Origin: Candidatus Marinacidobacterales bacterium
Lineage (GTDB): Bacteria > Acidobacteriota > Vicinamibacteria > Marinacidobacterales > DATDRI01
Assembly (NCBI GenBank): GCA_965219415.1
Contig: CBDCNP010000002.1
Coordinates: 1,536,001 to 1,600,000, forward strand
Direction of reading: 5' to 3'
Length of the DNA: 64,000 nucleotides
The notes beneath the pieces were generated by a model, which had not been told where the DNA came from, did no database searches, and was given only the letters and a program-made list of their open reading frames with translations. Positions 59,727 to 64,000 of the stretch are shown here, piece by piece (within the stretch, counting starts at the first letter, position 1; each line of letters begins with the position of its first letter). The translations under genes were made by a program, and so were the position numbers.

Positions 59727-61100
59727 GAGCTCTTGTCAATAGGTGTGTAAAAAAGTTCAGGCAGCAGCAACCTTCGACGACTCCGTTACCCTGTCTCCAT
59801 CTTCAAATCGAACGCCCAGGTGAACCTCTCGCATCAGCTCCGGTGCGTTGAGCCGGCGAAAATTCTTCTCCGCAACCAGAAGCAGTTTGAAGATTGTCGC
59901 AGTGGCGGACTCGACTTTCTTGAACCTTTTGGCCGCATCCGTTCTCAATCTCAGTGCAGCGAACGGTGACTCCACGACGTTGCTCGTGCGAAGGTGTTGC
60001 CAGTGAGGCTTGGGAAAGGAATAGAAGCTGACCATCCGCTCCCAGTCCTCGTCGAGCACGTGCGCGGCCCCCGGAAGACCCTTGCGCAAGCACCAATCCT
60101 GGAACTTTGGCCTTCTTCGTCTCGCACTCCTGCAGGCTGGTGGGGTAGGGGGTCGCCGTCAACAGCGGCTTGGCCTGCGCCTGGTCCCTTTTCGGAATCC
60201 GGTCCAGTACGTTGAGGATTCGGTGGTTCCAGCACCGCTGCTCCTCAGCTTCTGGAAATACGTTTCGGGTCGCGGCCCAGATGCCGAGATGACCGTCACC
60301 GATCACCAAACGGGGACATCTCAGACCGCGCTTCTTCAGTCTCCGTAGCAGCGACGACCATGACGCTTCGGGATTCTCGATGCCCGGCCTCCAGCGTCAG
60401 GACGATTTTCGTCCCGTCGGACAGGCCACCAACCGCAACTAGCACCGCCGCCTTGTCCTTCTCAAGGCCGGCCTTCACGTACACGCCATCTACCCACAGG
60501 GACACGAGCTCGAGTTCGTCCAGTGGGCGAGCTAGCCACTGCTCGTACTCTCCCTGCCATTTCTGTTTCAGCCGCGACACCGTGCTGGGAGAAAGTGGAG
60601 CGTCCTCCCCTAGAAGCCCGCGGAGCGCCAAATCGAAATCTCCGTGAGCTAATCCATGCAGGTACAGCTCCGGAATCAACTCGCTCACCGTTTCGCTCCG
60701 ACGCTTGAACAGCGGAAGCACTCGACTTTCGAACCTCTCCTCCACGTCCCCTACTCTCGGCCGGCGAACCGTCACCGTGCCCACGCTCATCGTCAGCTTC
60801 CGAGGCTTACCGTATCCATTTCGATAGCCCGCCGTTGTGTCCACGGGCTTCCGTCTCTCCGATTTCTCACGCCCGAGAAGCTCCGTGACTTCGGCTACCA
60901 TCAGCTCCTGCACCCAATCCTGGATTTCAAGCCTCGCCCACTTCTCCAGCGACTCCCAAGCCACCCTTGACGAGCTCCGTCGTCTTGTGGTCTTTTCCTT
61001 CATGGCGGTGTCTCACTTCCGTTGGCCCTTCAGGCCGTGTTTCGTGACGCGGAAGGTTACTCCGCCTTTACTTTATTTCCACACCTTCTGAGGGTAGCTC
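59727..61100 (-). mobile_element. Second IS256-family element (no TSD seen)
   Basis: IRs GAGCTcttgTCAatAGGTGTGtAAA / GAGCTacccTCAgaAGGTGTGgAAA. Confidence 0.82.
59757..61003 (-). pseudogene. IS256 family transposase, frameshifted
   Basis: GYRNGYG, WVDGVY, IGDGHLGIW, QRCWNH and LRTSNVVES are split over three ORFs. Confidence 0.88.
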
Positions 61101-61404
61101 GGTTCTAGTGGCGCTTGCCCTGTCGCTTCCTGGACGATCTGGTACGCAAGCTGGTTCATGTCTCGCGGGAGCTTTTTCTTACTTGCTCGAGTAGGCATGG
61201 CCCCAGGATACCACAGGGCGAGCGGTCCATCGGGTTTGGATTTCAAACTAGACCACTACCAGACTCCCAAGGCCGATTGTCAGCCGGAAAGCAGTGTGTT
61301 ACCCTCAGTTAGTTTCCTAACTCACAATTTAAGAACAACCAAGCCGGTTTTCGCAGGCAGCCATCGTCCCGTCGTCAATTTCGTATCTAAAGGAGGGATA
61401 CGTC

Positions 61405-61680
61405 ATGCGAAAACTCTGGATCGGCACGCTTTTGGCCCCGTTCGTTCTCTCTCTGACCGCAACCAAGGCAGCGGTCGAGCCCTCGCAAGAGCAGATTACC
61501 GTCCTCTCTAGTGAGGCTACCTATGTAGGGCCGTTGCTCCACGACCAAGCGCTCCGGCAGCGACAGTCGCTGCAACGCGAGCAAAGAACCGGCGTCATCG
61601 ACGTCTATAACGTCTGGACGAGCGACGTGAAAGTCAAGCTCAATAGCGCCCTCCGCGTCACTGGCCATTCCTATCAGAGC
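61405..61680 (+). pseudogene. Secreted hypothetical protein, interrupted by IS insertions
   Basis: RBS GGAGG and signal peptide MRKLWIGTLLAPFVLSLTATKA; the frame runs into the IS256 end at 61681 and resumes briefly at 63116. Confidence 0.6.
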
Positions 61681-63115
61681 GAGTCAAGCCCATTCTTAGT
61701 TGAAACTCTCCACGGCTCACGTTTAAGCGACCTTCTTCTTCGATACGGTTGATGTCTTCGCCTCGATCTTCAGTTTCCGCTTGAGAGCTTCGCGAAGCTT
61801 GGGAAGATGGCGGTAGCCCACCACCTTCCTCAAGCGCGGTTCGATGTCTACGAGCGCCGTTGCCAACCAGCGCTGGCGTTGGCTCGAGTTCTTCCAGTGG
61901 TCGACCTTCGCGCAGCGTTCCTCGACGAGAGCATTGACGGACTCAAGGCAGTTCGTCGTCTTGAACGAACGGCCCAGCACCGCGTGCACGCCGAGTCGAT
62001 GCAACGTCAGCGTCTCCTCGAGGCCTTCCTCCAGGCTGCCAGCTGCGGATTGGTTCCGCTCTTCTAACTCACCGTGGAGTTGCTCGAGCGCAGTGAGGGC
62101 CTCTTCGTACTCCGGCCTGTTGTAGGCCCACTGGAGCCGCTTGCGCCATGACGCCTGCTCGCCCTTGGACAGGTAGCTCACTACGTTTTCACGTTTGTGC
62201 CACTGGCAGCGTTGTATCAGGGCCCGCTTACGGAATGCCTTCTTGACTGCCGCTTGGAGACCCTTGCCGCCGTCGATGATCACCAGCAGACCCTGGGAGA
62301 TATCGAGTCCCCGCTCGAGCAGTGAACGCAGGAACGGCGTCAACACCTGCGCGTTCTCCGTGTCCGTCTCCACGAAGCCCAAGAAGCGTTTTTCCCCGCA
62401 AAGCGTGATGCCCAGAGCCACGACCATCGTTGCCTCGGCGAATGTCTTCCCATCCAGAAACAGCGCCACCACATCCTCGCCGGTCAGATCCCGTTCCTGC
62501 ATCTCCCGCAGCTTCGCAGCGCTCGCTTGCACGAACCCTCGGGACACCGTTGAGCTCGACAGCCCGATGGCGCCCGGAATCGCTTCCGCTGCCGCCTCGT
62601 AGTTGCGACAAGAGATTCCGTAGAGAACTCGTTTCAGCAGAAGATCATTCACCTCACCGCCGTGGCTCACCGCCTCGTAGCAGCGAAGCGGAATCTCTCC
62701 TCCCTCGATGCTCCGAACCCGTGGCACACGGATCGGTACCCGCTGGCCGCCAAGCCCTACCGTGCCCGGGTTGCTTCCGGGACGGCGACCGCGCTCCAGC
62801 TCGTCCTTGCGAGAGTATCGCTCTCCCGCCAACGCCTTCACTTCGTCGTCGAGCAACTCGTGAACGTGCATTAGACCAAGGGGGACCAACCAACGGATCA
62901 TCTCTACCTTGGCGTCCAGCGCGAGTTCCCCGTAATCCTCGTGCCTCACCATCTCGACCTCACCCAAACGACGCGACTTCTTGCGTTTCTTGACCGAACG
63001 TAGCAGACTTCCCATCTCGGCTCCTTTCTTCGCGGCTTGATTTTGTTTTGTCCAACGCCATCAAACCACGGGGTTTGGAGCCGTTTCAATTCCCAACTAA
63101 GATTGGCACACTTTC
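61681..63115 (-). mobile_element. Third IS256-family element
   Basis: Ends share GA.......CCA.TCTTAGTTG; flanks ATCAGAGC (61673-61680) and ATCAGATC (63116-63123) form a 7/8 TSD. Confidence 0.8.
61723..63015 (-). CDS. IS256 (mutator) family transposase
   Basis: FLDGK, IIDGGKGL, QRCQWHKRENV, KTTNCLESVN. Confidence 0.93.
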   Translation of the reverse strand: MGSLLRSVKKRKKSRRLGEVEMVRHEDYGELALDAKVEMIRWLVPLGLMHVHELLDDEVKALAGERYSRKDELERGRRPGSNPGTVGLGGQRVPIRVPRVRSIEGGEIPLRCYEAVSHGGEVNDLLLKRVLYGISCRNYEAAAEAIPGAIGLSSSTVSRGFVQASAAKLREMQERDLTGEDVVALFLDGKTFAEATMVVALGITLCGEKRFLGFVETDTENAQVLTPFLRSLLERGLDISQGLLVIIDGGKGLQAAVKKAFRKRALIQRCQWHKRENVVSYLSKGEQASWRKRLQWAYNRPEYEEALTALEQLHGELEERNQSAAGSLEEGLEETLTLHRLGVHAVLGRSFKTTNCLESVNALVEERCAKVDHWKNSSQRQRWLATALVDIEPRLRKVVGYRHLPKLREALKRKLKIEAKTSTVSKKKVA

Positions 63116-63139
63116 ATCAGATCTGCCAAAGCGGAAAAA

Positions 63140-64000
63140 TGAAGTGACCCCGCTTTCGTGGACAGGTTAAGAGTTAGGGATCAAGCGTCGCGATAGTACC
63201 TCCTTTCGAATTGGATAGGCGAGCAATAGTCGATGGCGGAGTGTCGTCGTCGCGGGTTGTACCAGCCTTCGATGAAATCGAAGGTCGCCATGCGCGCCTC
63301 AGCGTGGTAGCGAAACGACCGGCGCTCGATCAGCTCGCACTCGAGCGTCGCGAAGAAGCTCTCGCACATCGCATTGTCGTAACAGTCCCCGACCGAACCC
63401 ATCGACGGTCGCACCCCGGCCTCCCGGCATCGCTGGCCGAACGCTAGTGACGTGTACTGCGTGCCCTGGTCCGAGTGATGGATGACGTCGCCGGGCTTGC
63501 GTTGGAACAGCGCCATGTCGAGGGCGCTCAAGACGAGCGACGTCCGCAGGTGGGTAGCCATTGCCCATCCGACGATGCGTCGGCTGAAGGCGTCCAGCAC
63601 GACGGCGAGGAACAAGAAGCCCGACCACGTGGGCACGTAGGTGATATCGGCGACCCACAGGCGGTCGGGCCGGTCCACCTCGAAATTCCTGTCGACGAGA
63701 TCGGGGGCGGGACGGGCGTCGTCACAGCGAATCGTAGTGTGCGCCCTCTTGCGCCGGTGAACACCTTGAATGCCAGCCTCGCGCATCAGCCGCGCTACAC
63801 GCTTGCGTGAGACGTGGAGCTCGTGTGTCTCTCGTAGCTCGTGGAGAATCCTCGGCGCGCCGTACGTGCTCCGCGACGCGGTGTGAATCGCCCGGATCTT
63901 CTCAAGCAACTCCGCATCCGACACCGCGCGGGCCGACGGGGCACGCTCAAGCCACGCATAGTAGCCGCTGGCGGAGACGTCCAGCAGTCGGCACATCGTG
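63140..64000 (-). mobile_element. IS3-family element (partial, runs off window)
   Basis: Terminus TGAAGTGACCCC...GGACA at 63140 next to an IS3 OrfB. Confidence 0.85.
63181..63996 (-). CDS. IS3 family transposase OrfB (DDE integrase core)
   Basis: YGAPRI, WVADITY, DAFSRRIVGW, HHSDQGTQY, DNAMCESFF. Confidence 0.95.
   Translation of the reverse strand: MCRLLDVSASGYYAWLERAPSARAVSDAELLEKIRAIHTASRSTYGAPRILHELRETHELHVSRKRVARLMREAGIQGVHRRKRAHTTIRCDDARPAPDLVDRNFEVDRPDRLWVADITYVPTWSGFLFLAVVLDAFSRRIVGWAMATHLRTSLVLSALDMALFQRKPGDVIHHSDQGTQYTSLAFGQRCREAGVRPSMGSVGDCYDNAMCESFFATLECELIERRSFRYHAEARMATFDFIEGWYNPRRRHSAIDYCSPIQFERRYYRDA

Overview
GC-rich (~60%) bacterial window, mostly accessory catabolic and peptide/amide-hydrolysing genes. 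It holds a hydantoin/dihydropyrimidine-type operon, a xanthine-dehydrogenase-family Mo-hydroxylase (MSGL), many exported amidohydrolases and peptidases, two LLM oxidoreductases, tandem ketopantoate-reductase paralogues, a Doc-type toxin-antitoxin pair and a terminal pile-up of three IS256 elements plus one IS3. The strongest signals missing from the ORF track are two probable selenoprotein genes, each with an in-frame UGA and a bacterial SECIS-like hairpin 11-12 nt downstream. (i) An 88-aa AhpD/CMD-like CxxU protein follows a Cys-rich ArsR gene, and both promoters carry the palindrome ATCGTA-N4-TACGAT; this is a candidate metalloid-responsive selenoprotein module. (ii) A stand-alone GrdB/PrdB-like UxxC protein is co-oriented with an LLM oxidoreductase. 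Also notable are a 2+1 set of homologous 4-TM HxH membrane domains, an unannotated 36-aa partner of an SSS transporter, and a dispersed REP-like repeat. The sequence has many single-base frameshifts and at least five abrupt gene-to-gene junctions, including an inverted ALDH piece. This suggests unpolished long-read or MDA-type artefacts, so pseudogene calls and long-range synteny are provisional. No tRNA, rRNA or CRISPR array was recognised. All family assignments are from motif recognition by eye; no searches were run.
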